From Bacteriovoracaceae bacterium (lineage in GTDB: Bacteria; Bdellovibrionota; Bacteriovoracia; Bacteriovoracales; Bacteriovoracaceae): a DNA stretch of 64,000 nt. This document shows positions 1 through 10,967 of the stretch, piece after piece (the stretch's first letter is position 1; each line of letters opens with the position of its first letter). The notes below the pieces were generated by a model that saw nothing but the letters and a program-made list of their open reading frames with translations, did not search any database and was not told the origin of the DNA. The stretch spans positions 1-64,000 of the forward strand of contig JABIHA010000086.1 in the NCBI GenBank assembly GCA_018649885.1. The letters are read 5' to 3'. The position numbers were made by a program, and so were the translations under genes.

Positions 1-189
1 ATATTAAAATATTGGCAGAAAAGTTACGCTTGGCCAAATAATATGAATGACATAGAGCCGCACCGGCGAAAAAGCCTGGTGGGTTCAACAATTTATTGGG
101 CAGTTACCCTTTTGCGGTAAAACATGCTAGCAGCATGTTTTAGTGCATAGAGGTATGTGAAGGAGGTGGACTCCCCCACAGTGGAACTG

Positions 190-480
190 CAGTCCACCGT
201 GAATCAAGCACTAAAACACCCAACTTCTTTAACCCAAGAATCCGAAAAAACCCTAAATCCACTCCAGTGTCTGCCCACCACAAGTAATTTTGAGAGGCAA
301 TACCGCTCAAACTCGGTTCAGTCCAGACCTGAGCCCCACTACACGGCACCAAGTTGAAAAGCACCACAGGTGCTTTTCATTGAGCGACAGTCCACCGTGA
401 ATCAAGCACTAAAGCTCCCCACTACTCTAAACCCAAAATCCGGAAAAACTTTATTTCCACCCAAGTGTACGCCAATACAA
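190..480. repeat. Imperfect ~95-bp direct repeat (190-283 and 388-480) separated by a perfect inverted repeat
   Basis: CAGTCCACCGTGAATCAAGCACTAAA is identical at 190-215 and 388-413 and similarity continues downstream. TGAAAAGCACC-ACA-GGTGCTTTTCA hairpin at 355-379. Confidence 0.8.
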
Positions 481-542
481 TACAACCAAACCAAACGTTT
501 TAGTGGATAGAGCTATGACATGAGATTAAATTGAATTTTAGA

Positions 543-875
543 TTAATTATGAAGTACAACAGCTTCAACTAAGTCTACTCCTGAGCCGTACCATCTCTCA
601 CAGTCATCAGATGAATCCACAGACTCACAATAACTTTTTAGGACAAAGCCATCTCTTGGCATTTTACTGACTTTCTCTTCAAACTCTTCAAGTTTTGCAA
701 AGCACTCTTCTTTTGTTGTCTTTTCAGGAAGGCATAGAACAGTCTTTTTAAAGCTAGCGAGCTTGGTTTTTCTAGCAAAATATGAATATCTGACATATTT
801 TTTGCCTTCGGTTAATTCTTCACTAAAGGCGTTAGCTGAAATAAAAATTACTGAAATGATGAGTAGGTGTCTCAT
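543..875 (-). CDS. Hypothetical secreted protein
   Basis: 110-aa ORF, signal-peptide-like N-terminus, GGAGAG RBS upstream. Confidence 0.7.
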   Translation of the reverse strand: MRHLLIISVIFISANAFSEELTEGKKYVRYSYFARKTKLASFKKTVLCLPEKTTKEECFAKLEEFEEKVSKMPRDGFVLKSYCESVDSSDDCERWYGSGVDLVEAVVLHN

Positions 876-949
876 TTATTAGCTCTCCCATTAATTGATA
901 AGATGGAGGCATTTCGGAATATTTTTAGAAAAGATAATGGGAAAACTTA

Positions 950-1516
950 TTACCAGCCTGATTGATCTTTATAGCAAGTCATCTTTCCTCTATAGATTGT
1001 CATTGAATCAACAGAAGGCCCACTCCAGGACTCTAATATAAGGTTCTCGCCTTGTTTTGACCAAACCATTTTTGTAAATTGATTACTTTCTCTTAGTACT
1101 TGATATTCTTCACTGTACTTGTATAAATTAGTCCACTCAAGAACTTCTGAATAGGATTCTCCATCACAGGAGTTGTTTAGGATTTTGTTTTCAGGATTCC
1201 TTTTGGTGGGACGAGGATCGTGGATCTGTTGGAATCTCTGTTCTCCTAAAAACATTTGAGTTTCAAGAATCTTATGCCATACAAAGAACTTTATTGATGA
1301 AGTGAAGTTGTATATTCCTTCCCCTGCATCTTCAATCTCTACATAGTACTTGTATTTTTCATATAGTTTTCTTGTTGTCTCTCTGTCTCCTGCTGTAAGC
1401 TCTCCGTCAACGTGTACGCAATTTGTGAAATTTCCACCGAGTTTTGGACAGTTGTTTTCTGCCAGAGCACTTAACCCTGTGAATAGAAAACTTATCATTA
1501 AAATCAATTTTGTCAT
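950..1516 (-). CDS. Hypothetical secreted protein
   Basis: 188-aa ORF, signal peptide (…SALA), AAGG RBS. Confidence 0.75.
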   Translation of the reverse strand: MTKLILMISFLFTGLSALAENNCPKLGGNFTNCVHVDGELTAGDRETTRKLYEKYKYYVEIEDAGEGIYNFTSSIKFFVWHKILETQMFLGEQRFQQIHDPRPTKRNPENKILNNSCDGESYSEVLEWTNLYKYSEEYQVLRESNQFTKMVWSKQGENLILESWSGPSVDSMTIYRGKMTCYKDQSGW

Positions 1517-1608
1517 GTCAGCACCTTTTTATCCGGTCTACATTTTATGCTGGGCCCGAATTTTGATCAACGGTCCAGGAAATAAATACAAAAAAGTAAA
1601 TCGTAATT

Positions 1609-2838
1609 TCAGATATTTACAGGCTTTTTTGACCAGATTGTGATTTCTAGGGCTGCCAGTAAAAAGCACAAAAGGCCTACTGTGAGGAAGCTATTTTCAA
1701 ATACCGCCACTTTGGGGCCGTGAGAGAATTTGATGAATACTGAAAAGGCGAGAGGTCCTAGGGACTGGGAAACCATGGCCATCAAAGGAATGATTGTAAG
1801 GTAAAATGTTTTCCCACTGCTGGGTGAGTTTTTAAACAAGACGGCCGTAAAGCTTAAGCCGACAATTGCATTAATTCCCCCAGAAAGAACGATGAGAGCA
1901 GCAAAGTAATTCTCGGGGTTTTTTAGGCCTAAGTGAGTGATGGTGGGGATGAGAATAAAAACGATTCCTACTATAATGGATGCTGCTTTAAGGGGTTTTC
2001 GAACTCCGAAGTTATCAATAATTTTTCCCGACCATGGAAGTATTAACACCATCGCTAAAAGTTTTAAGCTTCCAAGAACAATATTACTGCTGGCAGGAAT
2101 GCCAATTTTTTTAAAATAGAGAGTCATTGGAGCCTGAAGGAAAGAGAGAAGAAAACTTGAAGCAAAAAAATAGCCAAATATTGTCCATGACTTTTTAGAT
2201 ATGATGGCCTCTATTAAAAGAGGGGACTTTTTTTCTTGTAAATCAACAACAGGAAGTTTTGAGAAAATTAAAATTCTTATAAAAAACAAAATGGATAAGA
2301 TGACCACCACGATGATAAATTTTTGTGGAAAAGCTCCATTTTTAAAATAATAGGAAATCGCGATACTACTGATAAAAGCGCATAATCCCCATGAAGTTCT
2401 AAGTTTTGCAAAAAATCTTCCAAGCTCACCTTGCTTGATTAACCCATGGAGGATTGGCCACCAAAATGTTCTGCCCAGCTCTACAAAGAAATAAAATGCA
2501 GCTAAGGATGCCACCAAGGCAATAGGACTTCTCTCATCGCCAACTGAAAGTAAAAAAAACAGTGATGATGACACCACTACTAGTAGCGCCATGGTGTAGA
2601 AAAAAAGTAGGGCGGTCTTGCCTTTTTTCTCACTAATCATCAGCGAAGCAGGGACTTTCACAATGGGCATAATACCTATGATACTCGAAAAAATTAAGGC
2701 AAGACGGTCTGATCCACCAAATGACTTTATATATAAGACTCCAAATGAACCTGCTAGAATGATTGGTAAAATTATTCCAAAGCTCTGACCAAAGAGAGCG
2801 TAACTAAGTGGATTAGTTTTGGAATAGTTTTTTGACAA
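1609..2838 (-). CDS. MFS-type transporter
   Basis: About 12 hydrophobic segments; MFS motif-A-like GKIIDNFGVRK. Confidence 0.75.
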   Translation of the reverse strand: MSKNYSKTNPLSYALFGQSFGIILPIILAGSFGVLYIKSFGGSDRLALIFSSIIGIMPIVKVPASLMISEKKGKTALLFFYTMALLVVVSSSLFFLLSVGDERSPIALVASLAAFYFFVELGRTFWWPILHGLIKQGELGRFFAKLRTSWGLCAFISSIAISYYFKNGAFPQKFIIVVVILSILFFIRILIFSKLPVVDLQEKKSPLLIEAIISKKSWTIFGYFFASSFLLSFLQAPMTLYFKKIGIPASSNIVLGSLKLLAMVLILPWSGKIIDNFGVRKPLKAASIIVGIVFILIPTITHLGLKNPENYFAALIVLSGGINAIVGLSFTAVLFKNSPSSGKTFYLTIIPLMAMVSQSLGPLAFSVFIKFSHGPKVAVFENSFLTVGLLCFLLAALEITIWSKKPVNI

Positions 2839-3541
2839 GGGCGTCTCCGTATTTTATGGACTTGATATAGTAAAAAGCGCGAATCGCTTCTTTTTCTTCA
2901 AGAGTAAGGTCTCCCATCTTTCCAAAAGTATTTTTTCTTTTTGAATAGGCTTGCTGCAAGCAAATCGCTGCTGCCACCGAGACATTAAAGCTCTGAGTGA
3001 AACCAACTGAAGGAATCAGAACATTAACGTCGGCAAGCTTTGCTGCTTCTTCAGAGACACCAATATGTTCATTGCCGAAAACAAAGGCCCATTTTTGCGT
3101 GAAATCAAGTTCCGTTATTTCAACGGCGTCACTAGCAAGTGATGTTGTAGCGACTTTATATCCGGCCTTTTTAAGAGATGATATGCATTCAGGAGTCGAG
3201 TCCCAGTCAAAGAAATCACACCACTTATGTGCACCAGAAGTAATTCTATTGGCAGATTTGGTTCTGTCCGCACGGATCAAATGCATGCTCATGATACCAA
3301 AAGCTTCAGAAGAGCGAACAATGGCATTGATATTTCCCATATCATAGAAGTTTTCAAGAACTGATGTAATGGAGTAGGTGCGGTTTTCTAGAATTTCAGT
3401 AAATTTATCTTTTCTAACTTGTGTAATATAGCTGTCTAGAATTTCGCAAATCTCTTTGTCACTAACTGATTTTCCACTAATTTCCATTTGATTGGGATGG
3501 GGGCAAATTTTTTGAGGATCAAAGTCGAAAACATTATTCAT
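2813..3541 (-). CDS. trmH: TrmH/SpoU family RNA 2'-O-methyltransferase
   Basis: SPOUT motifs VLEN..D.GN.NAIVRS, VFGNEH.G, SFNVSVAAAI. Confidence 0.8.
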   Translation of the reverse strand: MNNVFDFDPQKICPHPNQMEISGKSVSDKEICEILDSYITQVRKDKFTEILENRTYSITSVLENFYDMGNINAIVRSSEAFGIMSMHLIRADRTKSANRITSGAHKWCDFFDWDSTPECISSLKKAGYKVATTSLASDAVEITELDFTQKWAFVFGNEHIGVSEEAAKLADVNVLIPSVGFTQSFNVSVAAAICLQQAYSKRKNTFGKMGDLTLEEKEAIRAFYYIKSIKYGDALVKKLFQN

Positions 3542-5223
3542 TCCTTTGCTCCTTTAAATCTTTTGATGGCCAGAAGTCCTTCAACCACAATCCATATTTG
3601 GGAGATAAATAAGGTGATGGCCAAAGTAGTTAAAAACCAATTTGAATTTCCAATATAAATTTTGATATTCATTATTAGACTCAGCGAGGTTACCCCCACC
3701 ACAAAGACTGCTGGAATTGCAAAAGACGCAGTCGGCTTCTTTGCTTTAATTAGGTAGACCACGATCACTATAAGTGAAAGTCCTGCTAGCATCTGGTTAG
3801 TGGCACCAAAAAGTGGCCAGAGAATAAGACCTCCCTTTCCTCCACCTTTAAGAAGCATGAGTCCCAGAGCACTTCCAACAGCAAGGCCTGCGCCAATAAA
3901 TCTATTTTTAAAAGCATCTATGCCAAAGCTTTCTCCGATTTCTCCAATAATATATCTTTGGATTCTGGCAGCAGTATCGAGGCTTGTGGCCGCAAAAGAA
4001 ATAATCAAAACGGCGATAACGGTTTGGCCAATTTCTTCAGGGATACCAAGTCCCCCTAGAAATCTTGAACTTCCCACAACAAAGGCAGATATTTTGGCCT
4101 TTAGCCCAGAAGCGGCTGACCAAGATGAGTAGTGAAGGTGCCATTCTGTGGCGGTCTTAAAACCAGCTGTTGCTGCTATTGTTGCTAGCAAGGCCAGAAG
4201 TCCTTCACCTAGCATACTTCCGTAGCCTATGGGTCTGGCATCCACCCATTTATTCACTTGCTTTGAAGTGGTACCACTGGCCACCAAACCGTGAAAACCC
4301 GAAATAGCGCCGCAAGCAATGGTGATAAATAGAAAAGGAAACATGGGAGGGGCACCATCGGCAGATGTATTAATCATGGGGGCGACAACTGGTGGGTGAA
4401 CAACAATAAGCCCTAAAATAATCAGCCCAAGCCCTGTGTAGAGTTGGTGAGAGTTAATATAATCTCTAGGCTGCAGTAAAACCCAAACTGGCAGGATGCA
4501 AGCTATAAAAGAGTAGCCCATGAGAAAAATCATCCACGCATAGGCTTGGTTAGCCCCAAAAATCGGCTCAAGGCTAATTGGGTTGTAGGTTCCAATATAG
4601 ATCATCACCCACAAACAAATCTGGGCCAAAATCGAAGGCCACAAGAGTTTTCCTCCGCCATTTTTATTGATAAAGACACCCATTAAAATAGCGATGATTA
4701 TTTCAAAATTAACGGGAAGAACGGAGCCGGGAAAGCTAATAAATAAATTGGCAATAACAAGAGCAAAGACGGCCAGGACCATCAAAACTAAAAAGAAGAT
4801 CACTATCAGAAAAAGTGTTCTGACTCTTTTGCCAGACTCACCACCAAAAATGCCTTCTGCAATTTGGCCGATGGATTTGCCACCATTTTTCATGGATAAC
4901 ACAAGGGTTCCGAAATCATGGGCCGCTCCCATGAATATAACTCCAAAAATAATCCACAAAACGGCGGGAAGCCATCCCCAAATAACGGCCACGGCAGGAC
5001 CAACAATGGGAGCTGCGCCAGCGATTGAGGAGTAGTGGTGCCCGGTCAGGACATTTTTATGACAAGGGACGTAATCCACTCCATCTTCTAGGGCATGTGC
5101 GGGAGTAGGTGTGTCAGCAAGACTTTTGAGAGCAAATATTTTTTCGCTCAGATACCTTGAGTAAAATCGATAAGCTGTCAAAAAGGCCATGATGCCAAAT
5201 ATTGCAAGCACTGCAGAATTCAT
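3538..5223 (-). CDS. cstA: Carbon starvation protein A family transporter (likely start ATG at 5223)
   Basis: DGVDYVP, GHHYSSIAGAAPIVGP, ACGAISGFH, LWPLFGATNQ motifs; GGAG RBS before MNSAV. Confidence 0.92.
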   Translation of the reverse strand: MNSAVLAIFGIMAFLTAYRFYSRYLSEKIFALKSLADTPTPAHALEDGVDYVPCHKNVLTGHHYSSIAGAAPIVGPAVAVIWGWLPAVLWIIFGVIFMGAAHDFGTLVLSMKNGGKSIGQIAEGIFGGESGKRVRTLFLIVIFFLVLMVLAVFALVIANLFISFPGSVLPVNFEIIIAILMGVFINKNGGGKLLWPSILAQICLWVMIYIGTYNPISLEPIFGANQAYAWMIFLMGYSFIACILPVWVLLQPRDYINSHQLYTGLGLIILGLIVVHPPVVAPMINTSADGAPPMFPFLFITIACGAISGFHGLVASGTTSKQVNKWVDARPIGYGSMLGEGLLALLATIAATAGFKTATEWHLHYSSWSAASGLKAKISAFVVGSSRFLGGLGIPEEIGQTVIAVLIISFAATSLDTAARIQRYIIGEIGESFGIDAFKNRFIGAGLAVGSALGLMLLKGGGKGGLILWPLFGATNQMLAGLSLIVIVVYLIKAKKPTASFAIPAVFVVGVTSLSLIMNIKIYIGNSNWFLTTLAITLFISQIWIVVEGLLAIKRFKGAKE

Positions 5224-5316
5224 ATTGTCTCCAATTTTTGGACCATACCAAAAGGGGTCTATTATGGATACGATTTGGTTTTGACTATGTGGGTAAAAGA
5301 CTGTCACAATAAGTGT

Positions 5317-6681
5317 ATGAAACTTCTGTTACTGCTTGTTATTTCTCTTTTTTTCATTATGGAAGGCCGCGCCCAAAATCTCTCTTTTAGCGCTTCTTAT
5401 ATGGGGGGGTCGACAATGAGCGCTGAGTATCTGCTGATTAATAGCGTGGATGATGGAACCAGCTCTTCATATCCAGTGACAATCTATTATCCTGTGAGAA
5501 ATGACTTTAACACTGAAAATATCACCCTTCCCAATTACACTTACGCTACAGCTTCAAATTGGAGCACATATAATGAATTGCCTGCTATCGAAGTTGGCTT
5601 TCCCGAACAAGATGTAAATACTGATCTTGATTTCGGCGAGCCCTATCTCAAAGTTTTGATAAAAAGGGAAACTACTGATGCATCATTAGACGATGTTCAC
5701 TTTTATGCCAGAAAAAGTAGTAGTGATGATTTTTCTATGTTTGAAAGCAGTCTTGACGCATATTCTGCTCAGGATTGGAGCGATACAGGAGCGGCTAATT
5801 CTCAAGTTATTGCAGACAATGTTGATCACACTTATTACTTGGAATTAGATGATATTGCCAAAGCCGTTGGAGCAGAATCAAACTTTGACGATCCAACGAG
5901 TATTTCCCTCGATATTGAGATTTACGTTTTTATAAACAATGGTGTAATTTCAGCAGATATCTCTGATGATGATATAAGTTCAAGTTACTCAGATGGCATT
6001 TATTTAAACCTGACTATAAGTGATCAAATTCCCAATCCAGGGGTCGACTTCACAGGGATTAAAAGAGGTGACGGTCAACTTACTCTACAATTCAATGGCA
6101 GCGGTGTATCGATACCTGGGGGGCATAAGTACAATTTGGTGGCAACAAATATTGGTAACAACGATGTCGCTTACGGAGTCAATTACAGCACAATGGCCAC
6201 AAGTAGTTACAGTATTTCCAATGAGGATGCCGCCACTAGTGGAGAGCTGTCTAAAACTGGCTTAAAAAATGGACAACTCTATGAATTTTCCATGGCCTTC
6301 CAAGATAACTATTCATTTGTTTCTCCATTTACAAACTCGCTGGATAAAATGCCTTTAGAGATTGAGGCCTTTATAAAAGAGAAGTCTTGTTTTTTACTGT
6401 CAGCGGGATTTCAGACTGATCACTACGTTCTCGAATATTTTAGAATGGTGAGGGATAGCTACCTTTTAAAGACTTCTGTGGGTAAAAAGTTTGTAGATTT
6501 TTATTATAGCTTTGCTCCCCAGTGGGCTCCCTACGTTTACAAGTCAAAGGCCCTCAGTTCAGTTGTAAGAACCCTGGCCTATATTGCTTATGGGGTAGTT
6601 AAATTTTGGTTATGGCTTCTACTGTCAGCAATGCTTTTGATTTCATTTGGGTTGGTGCGAAAAAGAAGTGTTGCAGCATAA
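5317..6681 (+). CDS. Secreted acidic protein with C-terminal CFI-box-CTERM-like sorting domain (likely start MKLLL at 5317)
   Basis: Signal peptide; C-terminal CFLLSAG…FR..RD..LL….GKKFVDFYY.FAP followed by a TM helix and basic tail. Confidence 0.7.
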   Translation: MKLLLLLVISLFFIMEGRAQNLSFSASYMGGSTMSAEYLLINSVDDGTSSSYPVTIYYPVRNDFNTENITLPNYTYATASNWSTYNELPAIEVGFPEQDVNTDLDFGEPYLKVLIKRETTDASLDDVHFYARKSSSDDFSMFESSLDAYSAQDWSDTGAANSQVIADNVDHTYYLELDDIAKAVGAESNFDDPTSISLDIEIYVFINNGVISADISDDDISSSYSDGIYLNLTISDQIPNPGVDFTGIKRGDGQLTLQFNGSGVSIPGGHKYNLVATNIGNNDVAYGVNYSTMATSSYSISNEDAATSGELSKTGLKNGQLYEFSMAFQDNYSFVSPFTNSLDKMPLEIEAFIKEKSCFLLSAGFQTDHYVLEYFRMVRDSYLLKTSVGKKFVDFYYSFAPQWAPYVYKSKALSSVVRTLAYIAYGVVKFWLWLLLSAMLLISFGLVRKRSVAA

Positions 6682-6782
6682 AGGTTAAGCTTTATTTGCA
6701 CCCACCATGGTCATTGAAATTTTCTGATAATTTTGTAAAAATTCCTCTAAATATATTTGAATAAAATAAAGGAGAGGCGGTT

Positions 6783-7526
6783 ATGGCCGGCCACAGTAAA
6801 TGGAAAAACATTCAGTTTAGAAAGGGTGCCCAAGATAAGAAGCGCGGGAAGATGTTTACTAAGGTGATTAAAGAAATCACTGTAGCAGTTAAAAAATCTG
6901 GACCTGATCCGGATTCCAATCCGGGCTTAAGGCTATGTTTGCAAAATGCAAAATCCGCCAACATGCCAAAAGACACCATTGAGCGCGCCATAAAAAAAGC
7001 ATCTGGGGTTGACTCTGCCAATTACACAGAAGTAAGTTTTGAAGGATATGGTCCTTGTGGAGTGGCGATCTTTGTTGAGTGTGCCACTGATAACAACACT
7101 AGAACTGTTTCCAATGTGCGAAGTTATTTTAATAAATATGGAGGCAGTCTGGGAAAGGATGGATGTCTTGAGTTCGTATTTTCTAGAAAGGGGATCTATA
7201 CCCTTAGCTCAGTGGGGATTGATGAAGAAGAGTTCTCATTAGAGATGATAGATGCAGGGGCAGAGGATGTTGAGTTTGAAGATGAGATGGTGACAGTTAG
7301 CTGTGATATGGAAGAGTTTGGAAATATTCAAAAAAAGTTAACTGAGCTTAGGCTAGAGCCACTTGAAGCTGGACTTCAGAGAATCCCTAATGACACCAAA
7401 GATATAGATGTGAATGATTTTCAAAAAGTAATGAGACTTGTAGATATAATTGAAGACGATGATGATGTTCAAAAAGTTTACCACAATATAGAGTTTACGG
7501 ATGAGCTAGCTCAGGCAATGGAGTGA
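6783..7526 (+). CDS. yebC: YebC/PmpR family protein
   Basis: MAGHSKW.NI..RKGAQD, EGYGP.GVA, DDDDVQ.VYHN. Confidence 0.95.
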   Translation: MAGHSKWKNIQFRKGAQDKKRGKMFTKVIKEITVAVKKSGPDPDSNPGLRLCLQNAKSANMPKDTIERAIKKASGVDSANYTEVSFEGYGPCGVAIFVECATDNNTRTVSNVRSYFNKYGGSLGKDGCLEFVFSRKGIYTLSSVGIDEEEFSLEMIDAGAEDVEFEDEMVTVSCDMEEFGNIQKKLTELRLEPLEAGLQRIPNDTKDIDVNDFQKVMRLVDIIEDDDDVQKVYHNIEFTDELAQAME

Positions 7527-9211
7527 TGATCAAATCTAGAATGTCCCTAAGGGCGAAATTTATTTATCTTTTCGGATTTTTCTTTATTGCGATATTTTCT
7601 CATCTGTTATTTTCGCATCTAGGTTTTGTCGTTTCAGATCATGGAAATAGTCTGGCTATTACCAAAAGATTACTGTTAGGTCAGATTCCTCACTTAGATT
7701 TTATATCCACGACTCCTGTATTTTCTCATTTTCTTTGGATTCCTTTATTAAAGTTTGGAGGAGACTCAATCTTTTTGTGGGAGAGATTTATTGTATGGAT
7801 TGAATATGTTTTTCTAAGTTGGCTGTGGGTTTCTATTTTTAAGAATCTATTTAACTTGAGTCTGACCATTTTGAGAGAATGGTTAATTTTAATTGTTTCT
7901 TTTACATTCACGGCCAACGTTATGCCGCTTATGAGTACGTCCTATGTCGATGCATTCATGCTTTGCTCTCTTGGGATTTATTTAAGGATATTTTACCCTA
8001 AAAATGGAATATGGGGATATGGGCTGATAGCTCTTTCAGTTCTTTCCAAATTGAGTTTTATTGGGGTTTTTCCTATTTTACTTGTGCTCAACAAAGACTA
8101 CAAAAGGCCCACTAGTTTTGTGGCTTTTTTCACTCCGATCTTGTGCTACGCTTTTTATTTAAGCAGTCATGGAGCAATGAGTGAATCCATTCAGCAAATT
8201 TTTTATACTGATAATTTCCTAGATATTGGCTTGCTCTCTACAATCGTAAATAAGTCTTTTTATAGAGGTTTGATCCCTGGTCTTTTTTGGCTGGTTATTG
8301 CTAATTTTGTTTGTAAAAAATATGCCAACGCAAGACAAGAAAGATACCGTTATTTTGAAATCGACTCTATCCTACACAATATTAAGACCCTGATCATTGT
8401 GGTCTTTTTTAGCTATGGTTTCCTTGTCTATTTTCAAGAGAAGTTCACCTACAAATTTCCACTTGCACTATTTGGATTCGTTGTCGGTCATTTCGTTTAC
8501 AAGGTTTTTAACGGAGGATTTGAAAACAAAAAATTTACACTGGCCTCACTTTTAACAATTTATTGTTCCTGGTCCATTCTTTATAATGAGACCTATAACA
8601 CACCTGCTTTTGCATCGGGAATGAATGCTTTATACGTTTTATTTGTATACCTTCATGAAGAAGCTATAATGGTGAATTTTAAAAAATATACTCACAGAAC
8701 AAATAAATTCTTAGTAACTCTCATGGTTTTTGGCATTTCTGTTTGGACCTTTGTTAGAGGGCACTATATATACGGAGAGCTTGAAAGAGTTAAATTAAAG
8801 CATTCTTTATCTCAGATATTGCCTGGGGCCCGCGGTATATTGACCAATGAGAAAAATGCCATGGCCTTAACTGAGCTTAAGTTTCTGGCAGGTAAGTACC
8901 AAAGTGGTGGTTTTACTATCTTTCCAAATTATGGAGGATTTTGGGTGGGATCTTCCCTTTTAAATTCACAATCCATTGACCATTTTGGAGCTCATTTATT
9001 AAAACGAGAGCACATACTTTCCAGGCTGCTTAGTGAGTTAAATTCACTTCCTAAAGAAAGCGTGGTCTTTTTAGAAAATTATGATTCTGCGAGCTTTTCT
9101 CACGATAAAAAACTTATTCCTGCAAAAGAAAATCAGTACTCAGATGCTGTATTAAGTAATTTTAGAGAAATTGAGAAAACAAGTTACTTTACTGTCTATA
9201 AATCAAGGTAG
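7523..9211 (+). CDS. Multi-pass membrane protein, possibly GT-C-type glycosyltransferase-like
   Basis: 562 aa, many TM segments, early loop GQIPHLDF, soluble C-terminus; function inferred only. Confidence 0.55.
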   Translation: MMIKSRMSLRAKFIYLFGFFFIAIFSHLLFSHLGFVVSDHGNSLAITKRLLLGQIPHLDFISTTPVFSHFLWIPLLKFGGDSIFLWERFIVWIEYVFLSWLWVSIFKNLFNLSLTILREWLILIVSFTFTANVMPLMSTSYVDAFMLCSLGIYLRIFYPKNGIWGYGLIALSVLSKLSFIGVFPILLVLNKDYKRPTSFVAFFTPILCYAFYLSSHGAMSESIQQIFYTDNFLDIGLLSTIVNKSFYRGLIPGLFWLVIANFVCKKYANARQERYRYFEIDSILHNIKTLIIVVFFSYGFLVYFQEKFTYKFPLALFGFVVGHFVYKVFNGGFENKKFTLASLLTIYCSWSILYNETYNTPAFASGMNALYVLFVYLHEEAIMVNFKKYTHRTNKFLVTLMVFGISVWTFVRGHYIYGELERVKLKHSLSQILPGARGILTNEKNAMALTELKFLAGKYQSGGFTIFPNYGGFWVGSSLLNSQSIDHFGAHLLKREHILSRLLSELNSLPKESVVFLENYDSASFSHDKKLIPAKENQYSDAVLSNFREIEKTSYFTVYKSR

Positions 9212-9276
9212 TGAAAACCCCGACCTTCCTGGCCAGGGTTTTAAATCTTATAAATCAATTGAGAGAGAAGAGAGAT

Positions 9277-9924
9277 TTAAATAAGAATCGAATCAAATTC
9301 ACCCTCGCTCCCTGAGAGTTCGACTCGATTAATGATAACTTTTTTCTTATTTCTATGTTGTTCAAAGATAAGGAAAATTTCTTTAATATTAGTGGGAAAT
9401 CCGGCAAGGCTTAGACCCCACTGGTGATCTTTCTTTACCACTTGAAAGCTATGAGAAATCATTCTTCCTATCATTCCACTCATGGCCACTGACCTTGGGT
9501 GAGAGATCAAAATATTCCCTCCATTTTCTAGGTTTAGGCCACTTGCTTTTAGGCCAAAGAAGTTAATGGGAATACCTATTACTTTAACACCTCTTGTGTG
9601 ACCATTTTTACTGTATAGCTCTGATGCATCAAATTCCGTGTAAAGCTCAGGAGAGTCATCCTTGGTGTCAGTATTATAGTTTGAGTAACTATAACAAACT
9701 TTTGAAATGGCCCCTGCCTGGTTTTTAATAATCCAAATTCTGGCAGAGAAATCCTCAATGCTCACATTGTACTTTGGCAAATCAAGGCTCAAGTTTGAGT
9801 CGAGCACAAATGTAGGAGGAGTTGCTGGGCAAGGATTTTCCTCAGCGCCCATGGCCGTGGCCGCGAAAAAAAGAAGCGCCCAAACTGAAATGAAATCCTT
9901 TATAAGTATCGATGTCCTTTTCAT
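9277..9924 (-). CDS. Hypothetical secreted protein
   Basis: 215-aa ORF, signal peptide, GAGG RBS. Confidence 0.7.
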   Translation of the reverse strand: MKRTSILIKDFISVWALLFFAATAMGAEENPCPATPPTFVLDSNLSLDLPKYNVSIEDFSARIWIIKNQAGAISKVCYSYSNYNTDTKDDSPELYTEFDASELYSKNGHTRGVKVIGIPINFFGLKASGLNLENGGNILISHPRSVAMSGMIGRMISHSFQVVKKDHQWGLSLAGFPTNIKEIFLIFEQHRNKKKVIINRVELSGSEGEFDSILI

Positions 9925-10471
9925 GTTAACCTCGCTTTTTAGAGTTTCGATTTACATAAGAACATCCGTGTTCAAGTGAATGAACACTACGCCTAAAGTT
10001 TGATCAGGCCTAAAAAAAAAGGCCCAATGGTAAAAATGCCCTAGGTGTAAAAAGTTTTGGCAGTGCCAAAATAACCCTTTAAAATTAAAGAGATTTTTCG
10101 CTAGGTATTTAAAAAGCTTGGATTTTTATTTTGGATCTTTTTGGCACTGGTCATGAAAATATGACCAGGTTTTCGTTAGAAATTCATAACAATTTCATAT
10201 TTACTAAAACTCAAAGAAAATCTAAAAATCATATAAGTACCGACTAGCGTGACCATCTTTCCATAAAAACATTTTCTACCTCAAAAAATAATACCAGCTC
10301 GAGCTAGGTTTCAATAAACTATTGCGCTTCTTAAGAATCTACGCCTTATCTGGCGCGCCGATAAAAGTCTCTTATTTGAGCTTACTAAATCCAGAAGAAT
10401 ATTCTAGGGGTGTGTGAGCAACAAGACCTTGAAAACGCCCTGCTGATAATACAATTTCATTTACTCTAGAT

Positions 10472-10855
10472 TTAACTCGTCGCAAAAAAACTTGTGAAAA
10501 AGGTAAGCGAGCGCATCACTGTTGTTGTCCAACCTAGGATCTTATGTTTTTTCAAGACGCTCTTATCTCCCTTTAGAAGCTTTCTTCCAAAGAAGATCAT
10601 AGCAAAGTATAGAAGCACTGTTATAACAGCACAGGAAACGTGGATATTGAGTATCACAGGGTTTGTAACGGCCTTGGAGGCCTTGGCAATGGCGCCACGG
10701 CTTAGTTCAATTTCTAGTATTAATACAATGTCCCACACTATGGCCCAACTCATGAGCTTTACATGAATGGAAGGTGTTCTGCGACAAAATATACCAAAAT
10801 AGATAAGAAGAAGGATACATAGAGATTGTATTTGAAAAAGAGTTGCAGTATTCAT
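10472..10855 (-). CDS. Small four-TM membrane protein (DUF420-like)
   Basis: Hydrophobic helices with spaced His residues (IHVKLM, IHVS, HKILG). Confidence 0.6.
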   Translation of the reverse strand: MNTATLFQIQSLCILLLIYFGIFCRRTPSIHVKLMSWAIVWDIVLILEIELSRGAIAKASKAVTNPVILNIHVSCAVITVLLYFAMIFFGRKLLKGDKSVLKKHKILGWTTTVMRSLTFFTSFFATS

Positions 10856-10967
10856 TATGCTCCTTAAGGGCCTTATTTATTTGGTGTGATTTTCGGCTAG
10901 CGTTATTCCCTTATAGCACGGGCCAAACAAGTTTTTAACTTTTATTCATATCTGAAGACGGGAAGAA

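Noticed and set aside
140..367. Short ORFs 140-367 (-) and 157-357 (+), and other short antisense ORFs nested in long genes
   Set aside because: They lie in repeat DNA or opposite well-supported genes and show no recognisable motifs.
9925..10470. ncRNA or sigma54 promoter in the long intergenic gap
   Set aside because: Only short palindromes (e.g. TTTTGGCAGTGCCAAAA); TGGCAC at ~10142 lacks a correctly spaced TTGC.
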